64,000 nt of DNA, taken from positions 44,776 to 108,775 of the IMG/VR virus record IMGVR_UViG_3300034279_001376. The stretch is one strand, 5' to 3'. Below, one piece after another: positions 53,796 to 63,063 of the stretch. The translations under genes and the position numbers were made by a program. Each line of letters opens with the position of its first letter. Position 1 is the stretch's first letter. The notes under the pieces are model-generated. The model was not told where the DNA came from. It saw only the letters and a list, made by a program, of their open reading frames with translations, and made no database searches. Origin of the DNA: a virus (Duplodnaviria; Heunggongvirae; Uroviricota; Caudoviricetes).

Positions 53796-54261
53796 ATTAA
53801 AAGACCTATTCAAAGAAATAGGTCTTTCACAGGATGAAGGGTTTGCTTTTTGTATCCTGTTTCATTACAGGCTTTCTGACTATTTAATCAACACAGGTTT
53901 AGCAGATGCAGAAAAATGTATGTTGCTTCTTAACGTGACTGAAAATGGTTATGAATTAAAACACGCTCTTTTTGAAAAAAAGGAGTACAAAAACTTTACA
54001 AAGTTTATAGGACTTCTTTCCGCTAATGCTCAAATAGACTCTATGGGCCATGTAAACAACCCTCAGGAGTACAGCGTGATTAATAGTGGGGAAGAAACCG
54101 CCTTAGAATTTGAAAAAGCATCAGAATTGATTCCTGATTTTGACATAGAAAAAGCAGTAAATGTAGTGATTAATTATTACAAAGGCGTGAAGAAAGGGTT
54201 CAAATTATCTAATTATCTCAAAAATAACTTTGTACTAGATTATGCAAAGTTCGATAATTAA
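53779..54261 (+). CDS. hypothetical protein
   Basis: 160 aa ORF with ATG start. Confidence 0.5.
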   Translation: MALNSKLKDLFKEIGLSQDEGFAFCILFHYRLSDYLINTGLADAEKCMLLLNVTENGYELKHALFEKKEYKNFTKFIGLLSANAQIDSMGHVNNPQEYSVINSGEETALEFEKASELIPDFDIEKAVNVVINYYKGVKKGFKLSNYLKNNFVLDYAKFDN

Positions 54262-55351
54262 ATATGAGTATGATGGGCTAACGGGTATAATAGGGAAGAA
54301 TCACCATAATTATGTCAACGGGATACTAAATTATGTACCTTTTCCTGACTTGGGAGAGTTTACAGAGTATTTTCCGGGCCAAATGAGAGGTGATGTCACT
54401 TGTTTTACAGGAACTCCTTCTGTTTCTAAATCTGCTTTGACAAGGGCTGTTCTTGAGAATCACGCTATTCCTTGGGCAATCAATAACAAGAAAAACCTAA
54501 AGATAATCAGGTTTGGATTGGAAGAATCTACACGCCAATACCAATACTCTTTACTTTCTAATCGAATTTATAAAGATCATGGTATTGAGTATAATATTCG
54601 AGATTTTGAGTGTGTGGGTAGGACTATTGATGAAAAACATTTGCCTTTAATTAAGGCTTCTGAGGACAAGGTAAAAAGAATGTTAAAGTACGTAGATTAC
54701 GTAGATAATGTTTATAATTCCTTTGGATTTTGGAAGTATGTTCGTACCTTCGCAGCCCAAAGAGGTAAGTTTTATAAGAACGGAAAAGAAGTATCACCAG
54801 AGAATGATGGTTGGGATACTTATAAACCTAATGACCCTGATGAATTTGTTGTAGTCATAGTCGATAACTTGTCTTACATCAATAAACAGGAGAAAGAAAT
54901 TGACCAAAGAGAAGGTATTTGGAACACAGTAGAAAATCTTCGGAAATATGCTGCTATCAAACTTAACTACATAGTTAACTTTGTACAGCACCAAGATGCT
55001 ACTAGTGAAAACCAAGAATCTAGGAAAGATAAAACCATTCTCCCAACAGAACAAGGGCTTGCTATCAACAAAGCCGTAAGTAGAGCCTATCTTAATCTTA
55101 TAGGTATTGCTAATCCTAACAAAGCCAATACGGCTGGTGTGGATTACAATATTAGAAATTGGGATGGGCATGATCTGAAACACTGGGGAAATTATCTTAG
55201 GACCCTTAATATTTTAAAATCTCGTTGGGGCATGACAAACGTACATGCTAACGTGTTTAATGCGGGTAGATCAGGTTATTTTTCTAAGATACCTAAAACT
55301 GGCACACCGGAATACACTCAATTTATGCAAAATTTAAAAAATTTTCAATGA
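54242..55351 (+). CDS. DnaB-like / RecA-fold replicative helicase-domain protein with deviant Walker A
   Basis: GDVTCFTGTPSVSKSALTRAVL resembles the DnaB/gp4 P-loop but reads GxxxxSKS. A Walker B-like VVVIVDNLSYIN follows. 369 aa. Confidence 0.45.
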   Translation: MQSSIIKYEYDGLTGIIGKNHHNYVNGILNYVPFPDLGEFTEYFPGQMRGDVTCFTGTPSVSKSALTRAVLENHAIPWAINNKKNLKIIRFGLEESTRQYQYSLLSNRIYKDHGIEYNIRDFECVGRTIDEKHLPLIKASEDKVKRMLKYVDYVDNVYNSFGFWKYVRTFAAQRGKFYKNGKEVSPENDGWDTYKPNDPDEFVVVIVDNLSYINKQEKEIDQREGIWNTVENLRKYAAIKLNYIVNFVQHQDATSENQESRKDKTILPTEQGLAINKAVSRAYLNLIGIANPNKANTAGVDYNIRNWDGHDLKHWGNYLRTLNILKSRWGMTNVHANVFNAGRSGYFSKIPKTGTPEYTQFMQNLKNFQ

Positions 55352-55716
55352 CAAAAACAGAATTTTTGGAAGATACTATTCAGTATTTTTCCGCACCAAA
55401 CAAAAGATGTGTTTCAGATTTTGGCAGTTGTTTTTATTCCCCTCAAAATTCAGATCAAACTGGTTGTGCAATAGGGAGATTTATGACACCAGAAAATGCT
55501 CAATTAGCAGATGAAATAGGAGGAGTAGATGGATTAATTTATGAAAGAATGTACGCTGATTATCGAAGTTTAATTCCAGAGTTTATGTTAGAATGGGAAG
55601 TAGATTTCTTAAATAACGTACAAAGATTACATGATGATTCTAAATACTGGAAATCAGGTGGATTAAGCGAAGCAGGAAAAAAATACGTACAAGAAATAAA
55701 AGAAAATTTTTTATGA
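55348..55716 (+). CDS. hypothetical protein
   Basis: 122 aa ORF with ATGA overlap. Confidence 0.5.
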   Translation: MTKTEFLEDTIQYFSAPNKRCVSDFGSCFYSPQNSDQTGCAIGRFMTPENAQLADEIGGVDGLIYERMYADYRSLIPEFMLEWEVDFLNNVQRLHDDSKYWKSGGLSEAGKKYVQEIKENFL

Positions 55717-56192
55717 CAAAAACAGATCTGTATTATTTTCTCAAGGAAAACGAAGTTAAACAAGAGTGGGATGATGAAAAGTTAGTGGCTTGGGTACCTT
55801 TGAAAGTATTTGAAGGCTTCTATACTCTGGTGGAGAAAAAAGTTATGCCAGTAGTCGTTGTAGATGGGTTAGTCTGGGTAAACTTGACAGTAATATGTGA
55901 GGAAAATTTTATAAGCCCGGAGTACTTGTTTTCGAGACCTATTAATGAAAAACCTTTTATCAACGTAAACAAGACTATCAGTAAACACACAAGCAAAGAT
56001 CTTATTGCATTCTTGAAAGAACTGGATAAAATTGGAGCATCACCTGCACCTAAAAAAGTTGAATGCAGTGCCAGTTTAAGATGGCTTATAACATGGTCAG
56101 GGTTTGAAACTTTTTTAGAGAATTATAGTCATGTTAAGCAACTTATAGAAGTTGAATTAATAGAAAGATTAAAAAACAATACACATAAATAA
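55713..56192 (+). CDS. hypothetical protein
   Basis: 159 aa ORF with ATGA overlap. Confidence 0.5.
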   Translation: MTKTDLYYFLKENEVKQEWDDEKLVAWVPLKVFEGFYTLVEKKVMPVVVVDGLVWVNLTVICEENFISPEYLFSRPINEKPFINVNKTISKHTSKDLIAFLKELDKIGASPAPKKVECSASLRWLITWSGFETFLENYSHVKQLIEVELIERLKNNTHK

Positions 56193-56202
56193 ATTATACA
56201 CA

Positions 56203-57054
56203 ATGCTACCAACAACACCATCAAAACCTGTTATTACATACCCATCAAGTATGTTGTTGAGCGGGTTTTCAGGAGCAGGTAAATCTACCTTGATTCAAGA
56301 ACTAAACATGAATGGTTACAAATGCCTTCATATAGACTTACAAGGAGGAACAGAACACATTGGAGGGTACAGAGTTGACCTCCAAGAAGAAGCACTTAAA
56401 CTCAAAACAAACCTTTATGGGGCTTTCATCTCTCTCATAAAAGATTTGGATGAAGCAAAACTCAAGGGAGTTCAGTACGATTTTGTAGTATGGGACACTT
56501 TGAGCGATTTTAAAGAACTCATAGTACAAATTTCCGCTGCTATTTACAACAGTACTACTATTGGAAAGGCAGCAGCAAAAAAACTTGCAGATGCTAAATT
56601 TGGACCAAATCACACTCCGGCTCAATTAGCAACTTGCTTGTCAAAAGATCCTGTTACTGACCTAGGACAAAATGGTTGGAATTTCCACAATCAGGCTTTT
56701 GATTTTATTCAAAAACGATTGTTTAAACACGCTAAATATTGTACTATAATTCTTGCCCACGCAAAATTAAAAGCACAAAGGAAAGCAGAAGACAGCCCAG
56801 AGTTCAACATTAAAGAGATTGATTTTTGGCCAACTTACACTGCTAATTTAGTCAGGCTAGTTTCAGAAAGTGGTCAAGTAATTCGTAAAGACAATGAAGT
56901 GTATCTAAACTTTATTTTCATGGAGGGACAAGCACACTTTAAATCAAGGTACTTGGATGGGCAGTCTATTTTAATGTCTGAAATGGATGAAAACAAAGTA
57001 ATCACTGCACACTGGGAAAAAATATTTCCATTTTTAACCACACCAGCAAAATAA
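56203..57054 (+). CDS. P-loop NTPase (AAA_24/Sak4-like candidate)
   Basis: Walker A LLSGFSGAGKSTLIQEL. Walker B-like FVVWDTLSD. 283 aa, a size typical of phage RecA-like recombination ATPases. Confidence 0.55.
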   Translation: MLPTTPSKPVITYPSSMLLSGFSGAGKSTLIQELNMNGYKCLHIDLQGGTEHIGGYRVDLQEEALKLKTNLYGAFISLIKDLDEAKLKGVQYDFVVWDTLSDFKELIVQISAAIYNSTTIGKAAAKKLADAKFGPNHTPAQLATCLSKDPVTDLGQNGWNFHNQAFDFIQKRLFKHAKYCTIILAHAKLKAQRKAEDSPEFNIKEIDFWPTYTANLVRLVSESGQVIRKDNEVYLNFIFMEGQAHFKSRYLDGQSILMSEMDENKVITAHWEKIFPFLTTPAK

Positions 57055-57183
57055 TGCAGTATCAAGAAATTTTATGGGAGGAAATAACCACACAGTTGGA
57101 TTATTTTCATTTTATTCAGGATGGATTAATGAATTTACCCACTTATTCTGAGTGGTTAAGTGAACAAAATAATTATAATTAAA

Positions 57184-57858
57184 ATGCAAGAAGAAATGCA
57201 AGAGCAAACAACCACCGCGCAGAGCGCACCAGCACAAGAAGTGCCAGAAACAGTGTCAAAAACTGTAAAAATCTCCATGACTAAAGAACAAGCAGTGTCT
57301 TGGTTGTCAGGAGTATTCAACACACCAACAACTGTTATACCAACAGAACAATTTCCAGAATTAATCAAAACCAATTTAGGTCTTGATGTACCAGAAAAAT
57401 TCTTGGGAGCCTTTGTCATGCAAATGCTGAATAAACCTCTTACAAGCAGACCTCGCAAAGAAAAACCTATTGAGGAGCCAAAACCAAAACGTGAAAAAGC
57501 AATTAAAGAATTATTCTTTCAGTTTGAAGACACAGATGTAGAAGTAGTGAGCATTAAAAAAGAAAAACCTGTTGATGTAGTAGAAACAGAAATTGTTGAA
57601 ACACAAGAAGAAACAGTAGGTACAACACAAAATAGAAACTGGCAAACTGCAAGAGAAAACACTGAAATAGGTGTAGAACCAGAAAACGAAATTTACAAAG
57701 TAGGTTTAAATCCCATTTCTGATTTAGAAAAATCTCTTTCAGAAAATCCTGAGTTTTACACAGGTTCTTTAGGAATACTGGATGAAGAAACAGAAATCTC
57801 AGAAGAAACAAATTCTACCTCATCTTTAAACACAACAGAAGAAGATGTCAATTGGTAA
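57184..57858 (+). CDS. highly acidic protein
   Basis: The table ORF begins with GTG at 57160. The first ATG is at 57184 (MQEEMQEQ...). Glu/Thr-rich and low complexity. Confidence 0.5.
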   Translation: MQEEMQEQTTTAQSAPAQEVPETVSKTVKISMTKEQAVSWLSGVFNTPTTVIPTEQFPELIKTNLGLDVPEKFLGAFVMQMLNKPLTSRPRKEKPIEEPKPKREKAIKELFFQFEDTDVEVVSIKKEKPVDVVETEIVETQEETVGTTQNRNWQTARENTEIGVEPENEIYKVGLNPISDLEKSLSENPEFYTGSLGILDEETEISEETNSTSSLNTTEEDVNW

Positions 57859-59104
57859 AAAGAAAGTATTAAAAGTAGCACTTGATACAAGTGGTTCAAT
57901 GAGCGGGGTTAAGTACGATAATGCTGTTCTAGGAGTTCAACAAATTTGGAAATCAGATTTTACTGAAAAGTTTTTTAAGGAAATCAGCACTTCTGCAAGA
58001 GATGAGTTTCGAGAAGGTATTTACAGAATTGCAAGTGCAACAGGTGCAACACCACTTTATAAAAGTTTGATAAGCATTTTAGAGGGCTTAAATCAAGAAG
58101 AAAGTAAAAATAAACTGGCTCCAACAGTGATTTGTATTTTTACAGATGGAGATGACACAGAAGGTTATACTTTAGGTTGGGATAGAAAATTATTGGTAGA
58201 AAGAATCAATTATTACACTAGTAAAAATGTGACTTTCACATTTATTTGTACGACAAATGATGCTCGTAATATTGCAAATATAGGCATTCCAGAGGGTAAC
58301 ATTATTACTCACAACAACACAGGTGCTGGTGTAGCACAGGTAATGGATGAATATGTGTTGAATTTAAATGCTTATTCTAAAGAAATGGACCTTGGAATCA
58401 ATGATACTCGTAGGTTTTTTAAGAAAAACCTAGTAGGCGGTTACACACCAACAAGCCCAGAGTATTTCAGTGAAACTTCTTACTTCAAGTTGTTGGGGTC
58501 AAAGGGGGAAAATGCAGTAATGCTCAACCTTAATACCAACGAGGAGGTAGAAATTAGCAACCAGTATGTTCAAGCATCTTTAACTTCTGCTAGTCAATTT
58601 ACAAGTACTGTGAAGGTGGGCAAAGAAGACAAGTATTGGACACAAAAACAAATTGAAGATCAACAGAAAAAAGATCATACCTTTGTGGCTGTTGTTGGAG
58701 ATTTGAAGTTGAAGGGTATGAAAACCATTTGGGATGATATTTCTTCTCAAGTTTTCACAGTGACTTATCGTAAAGTAGGAAAAGAGTTGAGTGCAAAGGC
58801 TTACGACAAGTTACTAGAGGATAAAGCAAATGAAGTATTAGCATTAATTGAAGAAGCCAAGAATAGCAAGAAAGGAGTGGCAAAAGCAGCATCTACTGTA
58901 ATTGTTGACCTTCTGAAAAACCCTATCACGAGAAATGTAGAAGGTGAACTCCGAGTGCTTACAGGACGTAAATTGCAGTTTACTTCACAAGACGGCTTTT
59001 TTAAAGTAGTAGATTTTGAAGTAACAGACGGGCAACCAAGGTCTGTAAATATCAATACAGTGGAAGAGATTATCGTGAATGGAGTAAAATACATTTTGGA
59101 TTAA
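57845..59104 (+). CDS. von Willebrand factor A (vWA) domain protein
   Basis: VLKVALDTSGSMSG carries the MIDAS motif DxSxS, with a downstream T (TGATPLY) and D (FTDGDDT) completing the MIDAS. 419 aa. Confidence 0.6.
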   Translation: MSIGKKKVLKVALDTSGSMSGVKYDNAVLGVQQIWKSDFTEKFFKEISTSARDEFREGIYRIASATGATPLYKSLISILEGLNQEESKNKLAPTVICIFTDGDDTEGYTLGWDRKLLVERINYYTSKNVTFTFICTTNDARNIANIGIPEGNIITHNNTGAGVAQVMDEYVLNLNAYSKEMDLGINDTRRFFKKNLVGGYTPTSPEYFSETSYFKLLGSKGENAVMLNLNTNEEVEISNQYVQASLTSASQFTSTVKVGKEDKYWTQKQIEDQQKKDHTFVAVVGDLKLKGMKTIWDDISSQVFTVTYRKVGKELSAKAYDKLLEDKANEVLALIEEAKNSKKGVAKAASTVIVDLLKNPITRNVEGELRVLTGRKLQFTSQDGFFKVVDFEVTDGQPRSVNINTVEEIIVNGVKYILD

Positions 59105-59168
59105 AAACTAAAGAAAACATCTTCCTATTTTAACATTTTTATCAAACAACAATTTATTTATCAATATT

Positions 59169-59813
59169 ATGGCACAAGTTAATATGGATGGGGTACAACC
59201 CATTGAAGGTGGTACATCACGTAATGCAGGTATCAATTATTTACCACTTGACAGTTGGTCAATAATTGACTCACAGTGGGGAAGGCAAGTAGAGTTTGTA
59301 TTCAAAGATGGAGAAAACGCAAAAAAGTGTTGGGTGCAACTCAAAAAAAGTTTTGAGAATGACGCTGCTGGTAAACAACGCGGATATTTCTTAGGAAAAA
59401 TCAAAGGGTATGTGAATATCCTTGCTGCTTACGTGGGAATAGAAGCCGCAGAAGCCCACTTCAAAACTTGTTTTGAAGAAATGAAATTAGTAGGTTTTGA
59501 CAATGAGTCTGATGACTCAGTGAGTGCTTACGAAGAAAAATTCTTGGTTAAGATTATGGCAGGAATACCTGCAAACTCTTCTCAAGAAATTCCAGTAATT
59601 CTTCACTACAACGACAAAGGGTATTTGAACATTCCTAACATGAAGGAAAATGGCTATAAATTACCATTCGGAGTAGAAGAAAAATTGGTGCTTGGAAAAG
59701 ACTTGGTTTTGGTAAAGCCAGAAGACGGTACGCAGGAATCTCCAGAGGCTCCAGTAGTCACAGAGACAGATTTACCATTAGTAGATGCTCAAGGAGCAGA
59801 TTTACCATTTTAA
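59169..59813 (+). CDS. putative ssDNA-binding (SSB-like) or annealing-associated protein with acidic C-terminal tail ending DLPF
   Basis: 214 aa. The C-terminus ...ETDLPLVDAQGADLPF mimics the SSB C-terminal tip (...DDDIPF). Flanked by its own strong terminator. Confidence 0.4.
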   Translation: MAQVNMDGVQPIEGGTSRNAGINYLPLDSWSIIDSQWGRQVEFVFKDGENAKKCWVQLKKSFENDAAGKQRGYFLGKIKGYVNILAAYVGIEAAEAHFKTCFEEMKLVGFDNESDDSVSAYEEKFLVKIMAGIPANSSQEIPVILHYNDKGYLNIPNMKENGYKLPFGVEEKLVLGKDLVLVKPEDGTQESPEAPVVTETDLPLVDAQGADLPF

Positions 59814-59826
59814 TTATTAATCATCT

Positions 59827-59860
59827 AGGGGTGGCTCACAAGGCTACCCCTATTTTTATC
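59827..59860 (+). terminator. rho-independent terminator aggggtggc-tcacaag-gctacccct + TTTTTA
   Basis: 9-bp stem (one G-U), 7-nt loop and a T-run, 14 nt after the stop of 59169-59813. Confidence 0.6.
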
Positions 59861-59861
59861 T

Positions 59862-60770
59862 ATGATACTAGGTCACATCAAGGTTGAGGAACTTAACAAC
59901 ATTTTATGTTGGGAATTTTTAATGCACGAAAGTGTGACATTTGGCAAATTGTACAGAAATCCTTTCAGGGTGGACAAAAAACCCGGTTGTAAGTTTTTTA
60001 GATCAGGAAATGTAATTTTATTTCACGACCATTCAAGAGGCAAGACTTATAACGTGATTACTGCTTGTTCTATACTTTATAATCTAAGTTACAGAGAAGC
60101 CTCAGAATTGCTTTTGAACCAGATTCAAAGCGGGGTGGTGATGAAAGTAAAGCCAGTAGAAACTCAAGTAACTTGTGGAATAGAAGTAGTAAGCAGGAAG
60201 TATAGTAAGGAGTTCGTAAATTACTGGGAAAATCTAGGAGTAACTATTTCCAATTTGGAAAGACTTGACACTAGAGTTTTACAGGTAGAATCTTATAAAA
60301 TAATTTCTGGGGTTACTAAAACTTATTATCCTTCTGATTTGGTATTTGCTTATCAAGGACAAAAAGGCCACAAATTATACTTTCCTGAACGAGAAAAACC
60401 TCGGTTTAAATCTTCACTAGATAAAGAGGATGTATGGGAAGTAATTAACAACCCTAAGAAATGGTTCATAACTAAGTCTCACAAAGACATGCTGGTTATC
60501 GAGTCTTTATTAGAAGATACTGATTTTTCATTTTCTCATGTACAAAATGAAGGTTCTTTTCCTAAACGAGACTATTGGGAAGATGCTTGGGAATTATATA
60601 TTTTAATGGACAATGACAAAGCAGGTCATTTAGCAGCAGAAAAAATGAAAGATTATTATTTAAACGCCAATATCATATTTTTATCCGCAAAAGACGCCTC
60701 TGATCTTGTAAAAGAAAAAGGAGTAGACTTTGCAAGAAACGAATTAATAAAATGTACACAACAACAATAA
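59862..60770 (+). CDS. DnaG-like DNA primase (zinc-binding N-terminus + Toprim)
   Basis: N-terminal C..F.MHESVTF...NPFRVDKKPGCKF resembles the CHC2 zinc finger (HxExTPSF). Toprim signature LYILMDNDKAGHLAAE (DxD...AG) and an acidic E in HKDMLVIESL. 302 aa. Confidence 0.6.
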   Translation: MILGHIKVEELNNILCWEFLMHESVTFGKLYRNPFRVDKKPGCKFFRSGNVILFHDHSRGKTYNVITACSILYNLSYREASELLLNQIQSGVVMKVKPVETQVTCGIEVVSRKYSKEFVNYWENLGVTISNLERLDTRVLQVESYKIISGVTKTYYPSDLVFAYQGQKGHKLYFPEREKPRFKSSLDKEDVWEVINNPKKWFITKSHKDMLVIESLLEDTDFSFSHVQNEGSFPKRDYWEDAWELYILMDNDKAGHLAAEKMKDYYLNANIIFLSAKDASDLVKEKGVDFARNELIKCTQQQ

Positions 60771-61306
60771 TAGGTAATATAACTTATAGTACAGACAGAA
60801 CCACTCTTGTTAATTCAGTACAACAAGTTCTTAGATGCAGTGGAATTCCCACAAATTTAAAAATCAGTTGTGGAGAAATGCAATGGGTAGTTTTGGGGTC
60901 TAATATAAAAGTAATATTTTCCATAGCAGCATTAAAAGACATCAAAGAACTTTACCCAAATCTGTTAAACCAAATACATGAAGATGGCTTATACATACAA
61001 GACGAAGTAGAAGGGTACAGAGAACTTTTGCTTGAAATAGACTTTGCACAAAACATTGAAGAGATACAAAACCAAATCTTAAAAGCAGAAATGAAAAGAG
61101 GTGATTTAAAGATGTTTTTAAATCAAGCAGAAAAGTATAATAAGAATATAGAAATTAAACATTGGGGTAAAGAAAAAATAGAAACACTTCATTCTGCTTT
61201 AGTTAAACATAAAATAGAGTATGATGATTATGTAAGCATTGAAACAATATCTGATTCTTGCATACACATTAGTTTAGTTGATATTATAAAAGCAAAATAC
61301 GTTTAA
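60752..61306 (+). CDS. hypothetical protein
   Basis: 184 aa ORF with ATG start. Confidence 0.5.
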   Translation: MYTTTIIGNITYSTDRTTLVNSVQQVLRCSGIPTNLKISCGEMQWVVLGSNIKVIFSIAALKDIKELYPNLLNQIHEDGLYIQDEVEGYRELLLEIDFAQNIEEIQNQILKAEMKRGDLKMFLNQAEKYNKNIEIKHWGKEKIETLHSALVKHKIEYDDYVSIETISDSCIHISLVDIIKAKYV

Positions 61307-61309
61307 TTT

Positions 61310-61501
61310 ATGGAGGCTAAATACGCAGAGTTACTAGGACTTGAGTTTTGGTTAGAAGACTGGTTTAAAGAGGACTTTTTGTCAATTACTGTTACATTAC
61401 CAGTAGGTATAAAATTCTCTACTGTGGAATTGGCAGTAACTAGTGTGGAAGGAAATAATGAATGGTTAATAATAAAAATTAGAAAAAGTGACAATATATA
61501 A
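61310..61501 (+). CDS. small hypothetical protein
   Basis: 63 aa with ATG start. Chosen over the antisense table ORF 61303-61494. Confidence 0.4.
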   Translation: MEAKYAELLGLEFWLEDWFKEDFLSITVTLPVGIKFSTVELAVTSVEGNNEWLIIKIRKSDNI

Positions 61502-62459
61502 CACCTTACAAGGAATCAAAAATTACCGAGACCACCCTGCTATAAATCAATCCTTATTGAAAGATGTATTTGAAGGCAGAAAACGAGATAAATGGGACTC
61601 AATAAGTATCTTATTGGGGTCTTATTTGGATGCTCTAGTAACACTGGACGGAAATGAACCAGAAGATACATTTATATTTTTTGAAGGAAAGAGGCCCTCA
61701 GAGGCTGTGACTGACATCTGCTACAAGTTAAAATCATTTGTGGATGAGTGGAAGCCTTTAAGTGAGATAGAGTCTCTAGGGGATTTTTTGGCTGATAAAA
61801 ACTTCTATCCAAATTTGGCCCCGGAAGGTCAAGTTAAAAACTTCATTACAAAAGCAAATGATTGGTGGGAGTTTCTTGAAAAAAGTGAAGACAAATTCAT
61901 TTTGACTCAAGCAGAGAAAGAACTCCAAGAATCTTTGGCTGTGAAGGCTAAGTGGTTCATTAACAACCTACTTCCCAATGTGGATTACACAATTTCTTAC
62001 CAAAAAGAACTGTATTGGTCTTACATGGGATTAGATTGTAAAGGTCTTGCAGATATTGTGATAGAGACAGAAGATGCTATTATGGAAATAGACCTAAAAT
62101 TTACCACAGCAAAAACTTTGAACAGTTGGGCTTATGTAGCAAGGGATTTAAACTATCCTTTTCAGAAAGCATTTTACCGTGAAGGTTTACGTAAGGGTAA
62201 ATCAATCATTCAATATTGGTTAGTAGTGGGGACTTATTTTATCCACCTCGTCCCTTTTACCCACAGAATGTATGATTTTGGCCTTAACGGATACTTAGAG
62301 CACACTAAGACTTTGACAGGAGCAAATAAAACAATGAAAATATCTAAAAGAAAATACGGAGTAATAGAGGCCATTGAGTTTTACAAGAACCCAGTAAGAG
62401 AAACCCCCCAAGTGTTAAACGGAGATCAAGCAGAGAATTTAATGTATGGTGAGCAATAA
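61488..62459 (+). CDS. PD-(D/E)xK RecB/lambda-Exo-like nuclease
   Basis: GLADIVIETEDAIMEIDLKF fits D...E.K. Downstream QKAFY gives the QxxxY motif. The ORF begins with GTG and there is no upstream in-frame ATG. Confidence 0.5.
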   Translation: MTIYNTLQGIKNYRDHPAINQSLLKDVFEGRKRDKWDSISILLGSYLDALVTLDGNEPEDTFIFFEGKRPSEAVTDICYKLKSFVDEWKPLSEIESLGDFLADKNFYPNLAPEGQVKNFITKANDWWEFLEKSEDKFILTQAEKELQESLAVKAKWFINNLLPNVDYTISYQKELYWSYMGLDCKGLADIVIETEDAIMEIDLKFTTAKTLNSWAYVARDLNYPFQKAFYREGLRKGKSIIQYWLVVGTYFIHLVPFTHRMYDFGLNGYLEHTKTLTGANKTMKISKRKYGVIEAIEFYKNPVRETPQVLNGDQAENLMYGEQ

Positions 62460-63063
62460 TCTGATTAAGAACAGAACGCAATTTTATCTGGGTAGGACAA
62501 CAAGTTTGTACCCTAAGTCTTTTATGACTTATTTTGAGACAATAAAACCTCAAGCAGTGGGTTTTTATTGTGACGATGTGTTGTGGAGAAAACACAACAA
62601 AGAAACTAAGCCTATTTTGTTTTTCGTGGTGAATGTAAAAAACTTAAATTCTGTGTTTATGGGGTTTTTGAAAAGCACTAGAAAGTCTTCTTGGTACGTA
62701 GATGATTACGTGTTAGAATTAGGAACTAAACATGTTTTTTGTTTTAAAGTCTTACCGCAGTTTTACAACGCATTTGAGAAGTTTATGCAAAGCAAGTATT
62801 CTCAGATGTACACGGACTCCCAATTAAAAGATTTAGGGATCAAAAAAATAGTAAATGGTAAAGAGAACCAACTTTATTCTATTTTGAAAAAAACACCTTT
62901 TGGTCTTACAGTCTTTGAAGGAACTCTCCAGAAAAGGTTTTATCCTGACCCCAAAGACAAGGTGCATTTACCAGAACAAATAGAAGAGTATGACTTACCA
63001 TTCGTAAAATCTAAAGAAATACTAAATTATGATAGTACAAAAAGAAGTTTCGGAAGTAATTAG
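62446..63063 (+). CDS. hypothetical protein
   Basis: 205 aa ORF with ATG start. Confidence 0.5.
   Translation: MVSNNLIKNRTQFYLGRTTSLYPKSFMTYFETIKPQAVGFYCDDVLWRKHNKETKPILFFVVNVKNLNSVFMGFLKSTRKSSWYVDDYVLELGTKHVFCFKVLPQFYNAFEKFMQSKYSQMYTDSQLKDLGIKKIVNGKENQLYSILKKTPFGLTVFEGTLQKRFYPDPKDKVHLPEQIEEYDLPFVKSKEILNYDSTKRSFGSN

Noticed and set aside
23541-61488. Table start codons that are TTG/GTG (23541, 25855, 29239, 31556, 37524, 38887, 39087, 57160, 61488; also minus 5249-6109, 17669-18055, 18849-19454).
   Set aside because: Not rejected as genes. Where an in-frame ATG lay just downstream, I moved the start to it (37551, 39132, 57184, 25861, 23616, 38923, 6082, 18052, 19358). For 31556, 29239 and 61488 no ATG alternative exists, so the non-ATG start was kept with lower confidence.
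1556-62595. Numerous 60-140 aa table ORFs antisense to, or nested in, long genes (for example 1556-1750+, 3226-3579+, 6790-7044+, 7408-7770+, 8630-9058+, 12256-12453-, 30036-30368-, 45238-45501-, 52853-53155-, 54794-55183-, 57156-57458-).
   Set aside because: They lie fully inside convincing genes on the other strand or frame. They have a low-complexity, AT-rich codon makeup and break the strand polarity of their module.
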